A stretch of DNA of 64,000 bases, taken from assembly GCA_017993615.1 (NCBI GenBank), contig JAGOMJ010000002.1, positions 13,508 to 77,507 of the forward strand. Direction: 5' to 3'. Shown here one piece after another: positions 46,858 to 57,047 of the stretch. Positions within the stretch are counted from its first letter, which is position 1. Each line of letters opens with the position of its first letter. The position numbers and the translations under genes are program-made. The stretch is from Smithella sp. Its GTDB lineage: Bacteria > Desulfobacterota > Syntrophia > Syntrophales > Smithellaceae. Below the pieces are notes generated by a model that saw only the letters and a list, made by a program, of their open reading frames with translations, was not told the DNA's origin and did not search any database.

Positions 46858-46901
46858 TAGGCTATAAAATTTATGAATAACGTTGCACAAGGAGAACATT
46901 C

Positions 46902-47594
46902 ATGAACAGATCCGCTCTTCACAAAATCAGCTACGGCCTTTACATCGTCACGTCCGGTCAGGACGGTAAATTCAACGGTCAGATCGCCAATTCCATGTTT
47001 CAGGTTACCTCCAGCCCGGCAACCGTGGCCATCAGCATCAATAAGGAAAACTACACGCATGCATTGATAAAAGAAAGCCGGAAATTTGTCGTTTCGATCT
47101 TGTCCGAGGCGGCGCCGATGACGCTGATCGGTCTGTTCGGATTTAAAAGCGGCCGTGACGTCAATAAATTACAGAATGTAAAGGTAAAAACCGGCGTGAC
47201 CCAGGTGCCGATCGTTCTGGACAATAGCGTATCCTACATCGAAGTCGACGTGCAAAAAGAAATGGATTGCGGAACTCATACCATTTTCATGGGCAATATT
47301 GTCGACTGCGACATGATCAGCGACGCCGTACCCATGACCTACGCTTATTATCAGCAGGTTAAAGGAGGTAAATCGCCGAAAACCGCTCCGACATATTCCA
47401 AAGAAGAACCGGCCGTCGCGGCTCCTCAGACCGTAGCGTCTTATATTTGCAGCGTCTGCGGCTATGTTTATGATCCGGTCAAAGGCGATCCGGATAACGG
47501 CATTGCGGCCGGAACAAAATTTGAAGATTTACCGGATTCCTGGACCTGCCCCATCTGCGGCGCGGATAAATCAAAATTTGAAAAAGAAAAATAA
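46902..47594 (+). CDS. flavin reductase domain fused to rubredoxin (high-molecular-weight rubredoxin type)
   Basis: The N-terminal FMN-binding split barrel ([21 protein letters not shown]) is fused to a C-terminal rubredoxin ([20 protein letters not shown]). Confidence 0.8.
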   Translation: MNRSALHKISYGLYIVTSGQDGKFNGQIANSMFQVTSSPATVAISINKENYTHALIKESRKFVVSILSEAAPMTLIGLFGFKSGRDVNKLQNVKVKTGVTQVPIVLDNSVSYIEVDVQKEMDCGTHTIFMGNIVDCDMISDAVPMTYAYYQQVKGGKSPKTAPTYSKEEPAVAAPQTVASYICSVCGYVYDPVKGDPDNGIAAGTKFEDLPDSWTCPICGADKSKFEKEK

Positions 47595-47622
47595 ACCTTT
47601 GCCACTTTGTTCAAGTATCACT

Positions 47623-47654
47623 ATGGGGGAAACATTTTTCAATGTTTTCCCCAT
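47623..47654. terminator. 13-bp stem hairpin between convergent genes
   Basis: ATGGGGGAAACAT-ttttca-ATGTTTTCCCCAT (one G.U pair). It has no clear U tract, so the function is uncertain. Confidence 0.3.
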
Positions 47655-47726
47655 ATGCGCATTAACAGGATTTCCGTCGAGCAGCCCCTCCGCCGCAACA
47701 TAAATTATTCTGTTTTGATCATCTCT

Positions 47727-49109
47727 TTACTGAACATCCGGAAGGGTAAGGAAAACATCCACAAGCTCCGCATCGAACATTTTTCCCTTCTGCTCTTCAA
47801 AAAACTGCCGGACCTCTGTTCGGCTCCAGGCCCTGCGGTACGGCCGGTCTTCCGTCAATGCGTCGTAAACATCGGCGATGCAAATGATTCTTGCAATTAA
47901 AGGAATGTCTTTTTCGTGAAGCCCTTTGGGATATCCTTTTCCGTCCCAACGCTCGTGATGATGCACAATGCCTTCAAGAATCGATTCATAGGAGGGAATG
48001 GAAGAAATGATATCGGCGCCGGCCTGCGGATGCTTCTTGACGACAGCAAACTCCTCGTCGGTCAATTTTCCCGGTTTATCCAAAATCTGTTCGGGTACGG
48101 CAATCTTCCCGATATCGTGGAGAATAGCGGAAATCGTCAGGGCGCGCATTTCATCCTCATTGAAATGAAGATTATGTCCGATGGCTTCCGCAAATTTGGT
48201 CACCCGCTCACTGTGACCGGCTGTCCACGGCGATTTGGCATCAATGGCCCGCGTCAAAGCAATCAGGATGCCGATAAAAATATTTTCTCTTTCCTTGGTC
48301 GAATCCAGAATCCGGGAAGCCATGATATTGAGCGCATCCGCCAGTTTGCCGATTTCATCCTGACGATTGCTCGTAAAACGGCGTTCATATTGTCCCGATG
48401 CGATGGCCTCCGCCTCCCGGGATAGTTGTTCTATGGGCCGCGCCAGGAGGTAACTGAAGATATGCCCCATCATATGACAAATCACGAGCAGCAAAACGAA
48501 AAAGAAAAACGCCTTGTAGATATTTTCCCGAAGAATCTTGAGGATGCCGACACGGTAAATGTCAAAGGCGAGAAGTTGCGTATAATTATTTTTGTCCGGG
48601 CTGATATTAATCTTCACATTGACTTTATCATGTCGTCCGTAAAAAAATTTTGACGATGTCGTCATCTTCCGACTTTTTGCCACTTCCAGCAATCCGGCAA
48701 GTCCGGGATTGCTGATTATTTCGGATGTGACGATCCCCTGTTCATCGGTAAACGTATGCTGCCACTGCCCGTCTTTCTTAAAATAAAGTTCGAATTGAAC
48801 GGGCAGCAGCACCACCTGCATGGCTTTTGCCATATGAACAATATTGGTCATCTTCTGATCAATGAATTTAAGAAGTTCGCCCTGATTTTCACGCAGATCT
48901 TCCCTGGACATGTACGTCAGGTATTCTTCTACCGAAACCGATGCCTGTCTGATTAACGTGTTGGTTGAAGAAACCGCGAGATAAATGAGAACGGCGTAAC
49001 CGATCACCAGGCCGAAAATTGTAAAAGAAAGTGTCAGCCTTCGGGCCAGGGAAGGTTTCCAGAAAAAGAAAAAATCTTTCAGGGCTGATTTTATGGGGCT
49101 GTCTGTCAT
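47727..49109 (-). CDS. membrane sensor with HAMP and HD-GYP (c-di-GMP phosphodiesterase-type) domains
   Basis: 460 aa with two TM segments flanking a ~170-aa periplasmic region, a HAMP-like linker, and HDIGKIAVP..HHERWDGKGYPKGL. Confidence 0.8.
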   Translation of the reverse strand: MTDSPIKSALKDFFFFWKPSLARRLTLSFTIFGLVIGYAVLIYLAVSSTNTLIRQASVSVEEYLTYMSREDLRENQGELLKFIDQKMTNIVHMAKAMQVVLLPVQFELYFKKDGQWQHTFTDEQGIVTSEIISNPGLAGLLEVAKSRKMTTSSKFFYGRHDKVNVKINISPDKNNYTQLLAFDIYRVGILKILRENIYKAFFFFVLLLVICHMMGHIFSYLLARPIEQLSREAEAIASGQYERRFTSNRQDEIGKLADALNIMASRILDSTKERENIFIGILIALTRAIDAKSPWTAGHSERVTKFAEAIGHNLHFNEDEMRALTISAILHDIGKIAVPEQILDKPGKLTDEEFAVVKKHPQAGADIISSIPSYESILEGIVHHHERWDGKGYPKGLHEKDIPLIARIICIADVYDALTEDRPYRRAWSRTEVRQFFEEQKGKMFDAELVDVFLTLPDVQ

Positions 49110-49391
49110 TTCAGAGACGTTATTTTCCTATTTCAAATCAATTTTGGTTTATCATAGCATGAAAGGATGGCTGAGAAAAATTCTTTTTCATGATCGTTGT
49201 TGACGGTAGGAAGCGCTGGTCGAATGATCCAGTAGATTTGATTATCCCCGACGCGAAACAAAGCGGATTCAGGAACTCTCTGATGCTGAGAATATATACT
49301 CCTTGAGTCGGTGTTGGATCTCGATTCCTGATTGACATACCCTGATAAATCACCTATGCTTTGCGCAATTCGAAAAGGAATTCATTCTCTT

Positions 49392-50300
49392 ATGGAATAC
49401 AAAAACGTAGACGATGTTCAATCCAGTTTGACAGATGCCGGATATATTCCGTCGCGGGAAATTGCGACAGTCGTTTTTCTGGCGGCAGCGACCCAGAAAC
49501 CGGTGCTGGTCGAGGGACCGGCCGGCGTCGGCAAAACGGAACTGGCCAAAGCCATCGCCCGCTCCCTGGAGCGCGATCTGATCCGGCTTCAATGTTATGA
49601 AGGTCTGGACGAAGCCAAGGCGCTTTACGAATGGGAATACGCCAAACAGCTCCTTTACACCCAGATGGTCAAGGACAGACTCAACGACATCATCTCTTCC
49701 GCCGCCACTCTTACAGAGGCGGTGGATCAAATTGCCGCGCAGGAAGACGCTTTCTTCTCCGACCGTTTTATTCAGCATCGGCCGCTGCTGCAGGCGATCA
49801 GTTCGGAAAAACCTGTCGTGCTTCTCGTGGATGAAGTGGACAAGGCCGATCCGGAATTTGAGGCATTTCTTCTGGAAATATTAAGTGATTTTCAGGTGTC
49901 CATTCCCGAACTGGGCACCCGCAAGGCCATTCAGATTCCCTTTGTGCTGCTGACATCCAATAACTACCGCGATATGAGCGACGCGCTGAAGCGACGCTGT
50001 GTTCATCTCTACATTGATTATCCGGCGCGGGACACGGAAATTTCCATTGTGCGGTTGAAGATTCCGGGCATCGAAGAAAAACTCTGCGACGCTCTTGTGG
50101 ACGCAATCCGCAAAATTCGCAAGCTGGATTTGAAAAAAAATCCGAGCATTTCGGAAACGATTGACTGGGCGCAGTCGCTGATTGCTCTGCAAATCAATGA
50201 ACTGACACCTGAAGTTGTTTCGGAAACGCTGAATATCATCTGCAAATATCAGGCGGATATGGAAAAAGTCCGTAAAAACATCAACCGGGTCCTGCAGTAG
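49392..50300 (+). CDS. MoxR-like AAA+ ATPase (AAA_5 type, pair 2)
   Basis: Walker A GPAGVGKT, Walker B LLVDEVDKA. Start moved to ATG 49392 (MEYKNV), which gives the same N-terminal length as pair 1. A TTGACA-17-TATGCT promoter-like motif lies inside the ORF-track extension. Confidence 0.75.
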   Translation: MEYKNVDDVQSSLTDAGYIPSREIATVVFLAAATQKPVLVEGPAGVGKTELAKAIARSLERDLIRLQCYEGLDEAKALYEWEYAKQLLYTQMVKDRLNDIISSAATLTEAVDQIAAQEDAFFSDRFIQHRPLLQAISSEKPVVLLVDEVDKADPEFEAFLLEILSDFQVSIPELGTRKAIQIPFVLLTSNNYRDMSDALKRRCVHLYIDYPARDTEISIVRLKIPGIEEKLCDALVDAIRKIRKLDLKKNPSISETIDWAQSLIALQINELTPEVVSETLNIICKYQADMEKVRKNINRVLQ

Positions 50301-50306
50301 TTTAAA

Positions 50307-50413
50307 ATGTCATTCCGAATTCCGACGTCTCGGGATGAGAAATCTTTACGATGCTGATATCTGAAGACTTCTCCCCAACGTAGCAAAACGATAGCCTTCA
50401 GTCGAATTGACAT
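50307..50413. repeat. imperfect palindromic intergenic element (~107 bp)
   Basis: The termini ATGTCATTCCGA ... TCGAATTGACAT are inverted. The internal arms are GGGATGAGAAATCTT / AAGACTTCTCCCC. Confidence 0.4.
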
Positions 50414-50491
50414 AACGCTTATCGTGGAGTAGGATCCCGTATATGCGGACGGCTAAATGACAGAACAATCGATTATTTTTATCTGTAATTT

Positions 50492-51871
50492 ATGGTCGGG
50501 CTTATTCAACAATTTGTTTCCTGCTGCAGGGCGTCGGGCATGAGGATTTCGACATCCGAAGTCCTGGACAGCCTCCATCAGATGAAACTGATCAATCCGG
50601 TGGACGAGCAGCAATTCCGGTCGATGCTTCGTTCCAATTTTGCCAAAAGTATGCGCGAGGTTCAGCACTTTGACCGGCTGTATCATCTTTTCTTCCATGA
50701 AATGCGCATAGACACATCCGATATCCGGCAGGCGGCCGATTATTCCACCGAAATCAACATGACGGGAGATGCTCTTAAAAAAATCCCCCATGACAATCCG
50801 ATATACGATGCCGTAGTGGATTTTTTGCAGGGGAACCCCATGGCGCTTCTACGGGAAATGCGCCGGATTCGAACGGAAGAAGACGTGACCATGCTGCGTT
50901 TCAATCTGGGACCGCTGGGCAACCGCCTTAATGTGATGCTGCAAATCAACAAGGCCGCGTCCGACGCCCGGACCCTGGTGGAAGATCATTACAGGAAAAC
51001 GGATGCTTCAGCCGGGCGCAAGCTCGCCGCCTATTTCGAAGAACGGGTAAGTGCCGCCCGTTCCATGCTCGTTTACGAACCGCAACAGGGAGAATCCGGC
51101 ACCCGGAAAACAAAAACGGAAGAGCAAAAACTCAAAGGACTGGGCGAAAAATCGTTTTCTTCTTTCACCCGGCAAGAAGTTGAAGAAATGCGCGAAGCCA
51201 TCGACAAGATGGTGCGCAAACTGAAAAATATTGTCAGCCGCCGATACGCCGTCCGCAACAGGGGAAGCATCGATATCAAAAAAACACTGCGCGCATCGGC
51301 CAAATACAACGGGGTTCCGGTGGACGTCAAATACCGCAGCCGGGCGAAACGCAAAAGCCGCATTGTCACGCTCTGCGATGTGTCCGGTTCCGTCTGGGCG
51401 GCGGCGCGTTTCATGCTGAATCTGCTTTACGCCCTGCAGGACTGCTTTGACAAGGTCAACAGTTTTGTGTTTATTGATCATCTTTCGGACGTCACGTCCA
51501 TTTTTGAAAAAAATGAAATCAACGAAGCGATTCGGCTGGTATTGGAAAAACCGGATATCAATTTCAACGCATCAACCGATTACGGGGAAACGCTGCGCAA
51601 TTTTAAAAAGGATTACATGGACCTTCTGACCAAGAAAACAACGCTGATTATTGTCGGCGACGGCCGCACCAACTACATGAACCCCGAAGATGCTATTTTA
51701 GGCCAGATGCGTGAACGCTGCCGGCGGATTATCTGGCTCAATCCCGAGCAGGAAAATCTCTGGAGTTCCGGCGACAGCGAGATCGGGTCTTACATGCCGC
51801 ATTGTCATGAGGTGCGTCAGTGCCGCAATGTCAACCAATTATTTTCTTTTATAGAGGAACTGGTTTTATAA
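50492..51871 (+). CDS. VWA domain protein, CoxE-like (pair 2)
   Basis: 459 aa. The N-terminus FVSCCRASGMRISTSEVLD is analogous to pair 1. Intact MIDAS LCDVSGSV, and IIVGDGRTN. Confidence 0.7.
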   Translation: MVGLIQQFVSCCRASGMRISTSEVLDSLHQMKLINPVDEQQFRSMLRSNFAKSMREVQHFDRLYHLFFHEMRIDTSDIRQAADYSTEINMTGDALKKIPHDNPIYDAVVDFLQGNPMALLREMRRIRTEEDVTMLRFNLGPLGNRLNVMLQINKAASDARTLVEDHYRKTDASAGRKLAAYFEERVSAARSMLVYEPQQGESGTRKTKTEEQKLKGLGEKSFSSFTRQEVEEMREAIDKMVRKLKNIVSRRYAVRNRGSIDIKKTLRASAKYNGVPVDVKYRSRAKRKSRIVTLCDVSGSVWAAARFMLNLLYALQDCFDKVNSFVFIDHLSDVTSIFEKNEINEAIRLVLEKPDINFNASTDYGETLRNFKKDYMDLLTKKTTLIIVGDGRTNYMNPEDAILGQMRERCRRIIWLNPEQENLWSSGDSEIGSYMPHCHEVRQCRNVNQLFSFIEELVL

Positions 51872-51872
51872 A

Positions 51873-52997
51873 ATGCAGACGACAACAAAGGATCAATCGT
51901 ACAGCTGGATTTCACGTTTTGCCATTGAACACGTCGCTTCACGCAACGATTTGCAGACGATGCAGGATTTTCCGCTGGATATCTGGCAAAAAATGGGAGA
52001 AGCGGGATTTTTTAAATTGGGCATCTCTCCGCAATTCGGCGGCAGCGGAGGAGGATTAACGCAACTGGCCGGCGCCGGAGAGGTATTCGTCCGCAGCGGT
52101 TTCAACATGGGACTGGCTCTGTCCTGGCTTTATCAGCAGATCATCGCCATTCATCTGATGTCCGGTTTCGGCACGGAAGAACAAAAAAAACGTTATCTGC
52201 CCCTGATGGCCAATGGAAGTCTGACGGTTTCTTTTGCCGTTTCCGAACCGAAACACGGGGCGCGGCCGAAGCTCTTGACGTCCACAGCCGATTTGCAGGA
52301 TACATCCTACATCCTCAATGGAGAGAAAACATATCTGACCAATGCGCCGATTGCCGGCCTTTTCATCGTGATCGCCATCACCGGCCGGGATAAAGATCAG
52401 AAGAGGTTCAGCGCCTTTCTGGTGCCCGCCGATCATGAAGGCCTAATGATCAAGCCCAGGCTTAAATTCGATTTCCTGAAACCTGCGCCGCACGGCGGCA
52501 TCAAATTAAACAATTGCCGCATCCCCGCTTCCGCCATCTTGGGAGAAAAAGACTCCGCCTATGCAAATATCGTCATCCCGTTTAGCGATGCGGAAAACAC
52601 GGTGCTGATGGGCGCGGTCACCGGAGGCATGGGCGCGGAGCTCATGGATCTGATCATGGAAAGCGACAAACGCAACATTCATAAAGATAAAGCGCTGCAA
52701 AGCGAAGTCGGCGCGCTGGATTCTCTGCTGGAAACGATGCGCGCCATTGTCCGTGAAACCGCCAAGAAGGTTGATGAACGCGACAATGCCGCCGTTCCGC
52801 TGATCGTCACCTTCAAAGAACTGGCAGCCGGATTTCAGGCCCGAATCGCCGCCGCCATCGCCAAATGGGATATTAAAACTCCGGACCGCTTCAAGGTTTT
52901 GCAGACCGATATTAACGTCCTGGGAGCATTGCAGGAAAAAACCCTTCAGGACAAGCAGGCGAAACTGGGCGATGAACTGCTTCACGGCGCGCGATAA
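51873..52997 (+). CDS. acyl-CoA dehydrogenase family protein (atypical motifs)
   Basis: 374 aa with an ACAD-like layout (FAVSEPKHGARPK, LNGEKTYLTNA). Starts 1 nt after the VWA stop. Confidence 0.6.
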   Translation: MQTTTKDQSYSWISRFAIEHVASRNDLQTMQDFPLDIWQKMGEAGFFKLGISPQFGGSGGGLTQLAGAGEVFVRSGFNMGLALSWLYQQIIAIHLMSGFGTEEQKKRYLPLMANGSLTVSFAVSEPKHGARPKLLTSTADLQDTSYILNGEKTYLTNAPIAGLFIVIAITGRDKDQKRFSAFLVPADHEGLMIKPRLKFDFLKPAPHGGIKLNNCRIPASAILGEKDSAYANIVIPFSDAENTVLMGAVTGGMGAELMDLIMESDKRNIHKDKALQSEVGALDSLLETMRAIVRETAKKVDERDNAAVPLIVTFKELAAGFQARIAAAIAKWDIKTPDRFKVLQTDINVLGALQEKTLQDKQAKLGDELLHGAR

Positions 52998-53039
52998 AGA
53001 TTGTTCCATCGATTCGAAGAGGGTTGAGTCTTTCATGGT

Positions 53040-53519
53040 ATGATGACGTTGTTATGGATCCTTGCTGTTTTGTTCATCCTGATCGGCGTCGCCGGAACGC
53101 TGATACCGGCTCTTCCGGGCGTTCCGCTGATCCTGATCGGCGTGCTGATCGGCGCCTGGATCGACGATTTTCAGCGCATCAGCGCAGCGACAGTTGTGGT
53201 GATGGTGATCCTGACGGTCCTCGGTGTGGTGATTGATTACGTTGCCGCAGCGTTATCCGCCGGGCGCGCGGGGGCAAGCCGGCAGGGACTGATCGGTGCA
53301 GTCCTGGGAACCCTCGCGGGCCTGTTTACCGGATTCTGGGGGCTTTTATTCATGCCGCTGGCCGGGGCCGCCATCGGCGAATTCATCGCCCGTCGGGATA
53401 TGTTGCATGCGGGAAAAGTCGGTGCCGCCACCTGGTTCGGACTGGTCATTTCTGTTGTGGTGAAACTGGCAATTGCCTTCACGATGGTCGGCGTGTTTAT
53501 CGCTGCGCTGCTGATCTGA
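53040..53519 (+). CDS. DUF456-like small membrane protein
   Basis: 159 aa with 4 TM segments and a GVAGTLIPALPGVPLILIG motif. Confidence 0.5.
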   Translation: MMTLLWILAVLFILIGVAGTLIPALPGVPLILIGVLIGAWIDDFQRISAATVVVMVILTVLGVVIDYVAAALSAGRAGASRQGLIGAVLGTLAGLFTGFWGLLFMPLAGAAIGEFIARRDMLHAGKVGAATWFGLVISVVVKLAIAFTMVGVFIAALLI

Positions 53520-53568
53520 GAAAAGATTGACCCGGCCGCAAAACCGGCTCCGGATACAGGATGCAGCC

Positions 53569-54330
53569 ATGAATGAAAAACTTCTGAAACCCTACAGGAT
53601 TTTTCTCAAAGATACCATCCGTAAAGTCACTGACTTTTCTCAGACGGATCAGAGCAGAGGGATCCCTCCTCCGCCCATCGAAAAACCCTACTCAGGCACC
53701 GCCCGGCGCCTTGATCTTGTGCGCTATGACCAGTTTCAAAACATCGGCACACTTGATCTTAAAACAGCCATCCGCAACCGCGAAAGCAGGCGAACCTACG
53801 GCACGCAACCCCTTACCCTCGGAGAATTGTCTTTTCTCCTGTGGGCAACGCAGGGAATCAAACAAATCCTTGACGCCGGTCACGCCTTGAGAACGGTTCC
53901 TTCGGCCGGTTGCCGTCACGCTCTGGAAACGTATTTGTGCATTCTGAACGTTCAGGGAATCGCTGAGGGCATTTACCGTTATCTCCCGTTGGAGCACCAG
54001 CTGTTGCATGAACAGACCGTGGAAAATCTAAAACTAAAAATCCGTCAGGCGGTTTTCGGCCAGCGTTATCCCGCAGACGCGGCGGCTACATTCATCTGGA
54101 CGGCCGTTCCCTGCAGAATGGAGTGGCGTTACGGTATTGCCGCTCACAAAGTCATCGCGCTTGATGCCGGTCATGTCTGCCAGAATCTTTACCTTGCCTG
54201 CGAAGCTATCGGCGCCGGAACCTGCGCTCTGGCCGCTTATGATCAGGAAGAAATGGACCGGCTGCTCAGCATCGACGGCGAGGAAGAGTTCACGATCTAT
54301 CTGGCCTCTGTTGGAAAAAAACCGTTTTGA
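53569..54330 (+). CDS. SagB/ThcOx-type nitroreductase-fold dehydrogenase
   Basis: RESRRTYG, LLWATQG, RTVPSAGCRHALETY, GHVCQNLYLACEA. Start trimmed to MNEKLL. Confidence 0.65.
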   Translation: MNEKLLKPYRIFLKDTIRKVTDFSQTDQSRGIPPPPIEKPYSGTARRLDLVRYDQFQNIGTLDLKTAIRNRESRRTYGTQPLTLGELSFLLWATQGIKQILDAGHALRTVPSAGCRHALETYLCILNVQGIAEGIYRYLPLEHQLLHEQTVENLKLKIRQAVFGQRYPADAAATFIWTAVPCRMEWRYGIAAHKVIALDAGHVCQNLYLACEAIGAGTCALAAYDQEEMDRLLSIDGEEEFTIYLASVGKKPF

Positions 54331-54355
54331 TACCGGGAGGCGGTCAACCCGTCCG

Positions 54356-56665
54356 TTACCCGCGCGCGATTTTCTTTTCCCACACGCGGCGCAGCCGCAG
54401 GGAATTGCTCACCACCGAAAACGAACTTAGGGCCATGGCGGCGGCGGCAAACTCGGGACTGAGCAGTATGCCAAAGAAAGGATACAAGACTCCCGCAGCC
54501 ACGGGAATGCCGACAACATTATAAATAAACGCCCAGAAGAGATTCTGCCTGATCGTGCGCATGGTGGCCTGTGATAGGCTGATCGAGTCCGGTACGCCCA
54601 GTAAATCATCGCGGATCAACGTGATGTCGCCGGATTCAATCGCCACGTCCGTTCCCGCCCCGATGGCAATACCGACATCGGCGACCGCCAGCGCAGGCGC
54701 ATCGTTGATGCCGTCGCCGACCATGGCGACAATCTCGCCGGCATCCTGCAGATTTTTTATTTCCTCCGCCTTTTTCCCCGGCAGGACATTGGCCATAACT
54801 TTTTCAATGCCCAATTGTCTGGCGATGGCGCGGGCCGTACCGTCGTTGTCTCCCGTAATCATTGCGACCTTCATTCCCCTGCTCTGGAGACGCTGGACCG
54901 TCCGCGCAGCCGATGCTTTCGGCGTATCGGCCAGGGCAATCAAACCCACAACCGATTTTCCCAAAGCCAGATAAACAACCGTCTTTCCTTCTCCGGTCAG
55001 CCTTTCCGTAGAAAGGTTCCAGTCATCAATGGCAATGCCTTCGTCTGTCATTAAGAAACGGTTGCCGATAAGAACACGTTGGCCGTCCATCAGGGCTTTG
55101 GCTCCCAGACCGGACAGCGCCGTGAATTTTTCAACCGTTTCGATTCTCACGCTTTTCTGTTCGGCTTTCCGCACAATGGCGCGGGCCAGCGGGTGTTCGG
55201 AACTTTTTTCCAGGGCTGCGGCGAACGACAGAATCTGCTTTTCCTCATAACCGTCCGCGGTCAAAATATCGGTAACATCCGGTTCTCCCTTTGTCAGGGT
55301 GCCCGTTTTATCAAAAACGATCACCGAAAGTTTATGGATTTTTTCCAGCGCTTCGCCGCCTTTGATTAAAATGCCGCTTTGCGCTCCCAGGCCTGTGCCC
55401 ACCATGATGGCTGTCGGTGTCGCCAGTCCCAGAGCGCAGGGACAGGCAATCACCAGCACGGAAACGAAACTGATCAAGGCACGGCTGAAATTCCCTTCCG
55501 CGGAAAGGAAATACCAGACGGCAAAGGTCATCAAGGCAATCAGAAACACGGCCGGAACAAAAACGGAGACAACCTTATCCGCCAGACGCTGAATCGGAGC
55601 CTTTGATCCCTGAGCTTCTTGCACCAGACGGATGATTTGCGCCAGCGCAGTTTCTGCGCCCACGCCGGTCGCCTGAAACGTAAACCCGCCTGTTGTGTTC
55701 ATCGTGGCGGCAAAAACCTTTTGTCCCGCCACTTTACTAACCGGGATACTTTCACCGGTCAGCATGGATTCGTCGATGGTCGATTCCCCCGACAGTATCG
55801 TGCCGTCCACGGGAATCCGTTCCCCGGGCCTGACAAAAACGACATCGCCAATTCGTACCTCATCCACGGCGACGTCGAGTTCCTGACCCTCCCGGATGAG
55901 ATGCGCTGTTTTCGGCTTTAATTGTATCAGGTTTTTTATCGCCATGGACGTCTTGCTCTTCGCCCCGGCTTCCAGAAGTCTGCCCAGCAGAATGAGCGTG
56001 ACAATCATGGCCGCACCGTCATAATACACATGCGGTGTAATGCCCGCCGTAGTAAAGAATTGAGGGGAAAAAGTCGCGGCGGCCGAATAGGCGTAAGCTG
56101 AAAAAGCGCCGACGGCAACCAGTGTGTTCATGTCGGATGTTTTCTGAAGGGCGGCTTTGTAGGCGCCGATAAAAAAGCGGCTGCCCACCCAGAAGACCGC
56201 CGGGGCGGTCAAAACGAACAGCAGCAGGAGCATGATCCGATGGGGAATGAAATCCAGAAAAGGAAACCAGTGCTGCATGGAACCGAAAAAAATGATGACA
56301 CTTAAAACGGCTCCACAGGCAACTTTCAGTTTCAGTTCCCGGAGTTCTTTAAGACGCGACGCTTCGATGGGATCGGCAAGATGATTTTTGATTTCGCCCA
56401 AATATTCATACCCCTGTTCGGCGACAACCCTGGCAAGCGCCGCCGGGCCTTCCCATTGCGTCGAATGCATGACGGTTGCATGTCCGTTGGCAAGATTGAC
56501 AACCGCGTCTCGCACACCGATTACGTCTTTGATGGCATTTTCCACGCGCCGGACACAGGCGGCGCAGGTCATGCCGCCCACGGCAACAACGGTTTTCTTG
56601 AGCCCCCCGTCCGCAGGCGTTTTATTCAACAACGTCATACCCCGCTTTTTTGATCGCTGCCGCAA
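54356..56665 (-). CDS. copA: copper-translocating P1B-type ATPase
   Basis: GMTCAACV metal-binding domain, CPC in the membrane domain, [15 protein letters not shown]. The start may instead be M10 (56638). Confidence 0.9.
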   Translation of the reverse strand: MRQRSKKRGMTLLNKTPADGGLKKTVVAVGGMTCAACVRRVENAIKDVIGVRDAVVNLANGHATVMHSTQWEGPAALARVVAEQGYEYLGEIKNHLADPIEASRLKELRELKLKVACGAVLSVIIFFGSMQHWFPFLDFIPHRIMLLLLFVLTAPAVFWVGSRFFIGAYKAALQKTSDMNTLVAVGAFSAYAYSAAATFSPQFFTTAGITPHVYYDGAAMIVTLILLGRLLEAGAKSKTSMAIKNLIQLKPKTAHLIREGQELDVAVDEVRIGDVVFVRPGERIPVDGTILSGESTIDESMLTGESIPVSKVAGQKVFAATMNTTGGFTFQATGVGAETALAQIIRLVQEAQGSKAPIQRLADKVVSVFVPAVFLIALMTFAVWYFLSAEGNFSRALISFVSVLVIACPCALGLATPTAIMVGTGLGAQSGILIKGGEALEKIHKLSVIVFDKTGTLTKGEPDVTDILTADGYEEKQILSFAAALEKSSEHPLARAIVRKAEQKSVRIETVEKFTALSGLGAKALMDGQRVLIGNRFLMTDEGIAIDDWNLSTERLTGEGKTVVYLALGKSVVGLIALADTPKASAARTVQRLQSRGMKVAMITGDNDGTARAIARQLGIEKVMANVLPGKKAEEIKNLQDAGEIVAMVGDGINDAPALAVADVGIAIGAGTDVAIESGDITLIRDDLLGVPDSISLSQATMRTIRQNLFWAFIYNVVGIPVAAGVLYPFFGILLSPEFAAAAMALSSFSVVSNSLRLRRVWEKKIARG

Positions 56666-56822
56666 CGACAGCGGAATCGACAGGTTTTATCTCCTCATAA
56701 GTCGCCACACCGTTTTTCAAATCCACTTCAACATTCCGGACGCCATCCACAGCATTCAGGGCCTTCGTCACCGCCATGACGCAATGCCCGCAACTCATTC
56801 CTTTGATTTTTATGCTTTTCAT
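56622..56822 (-). CDS. copZ: copper chaperone CopZ (HMA domain)
   Basis: 66 aa with [18 protein letters not shown]. Confidence 0.85.
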   Translation of the reverse strand: MKSIKIKGMSCGHCVMAVTKALNAVDGVRNVEVDLKNGVATYEEIKPVDSAVVAAAIKKAGYDVVE

Positions 56823-57047
56823 TTCATCACCCTCCCTATATTCATTTTAGTTTAATAATTTTTTTGATAATAGCAAGGTGAAACAGGGTTCTTTCGGGAT
56901 TTTCCCAGAAACGTTTTGTCCTGATATCCTGCTTGATTTAAAATGTATTCTGTATTATTGAAACCCCTATAGAAAAAAATTATCCTCCATCGTGATCCAC
57001 GGGGATATTGATAGGCGACATTTTCATCTTTTTTTACAGGATTAACA

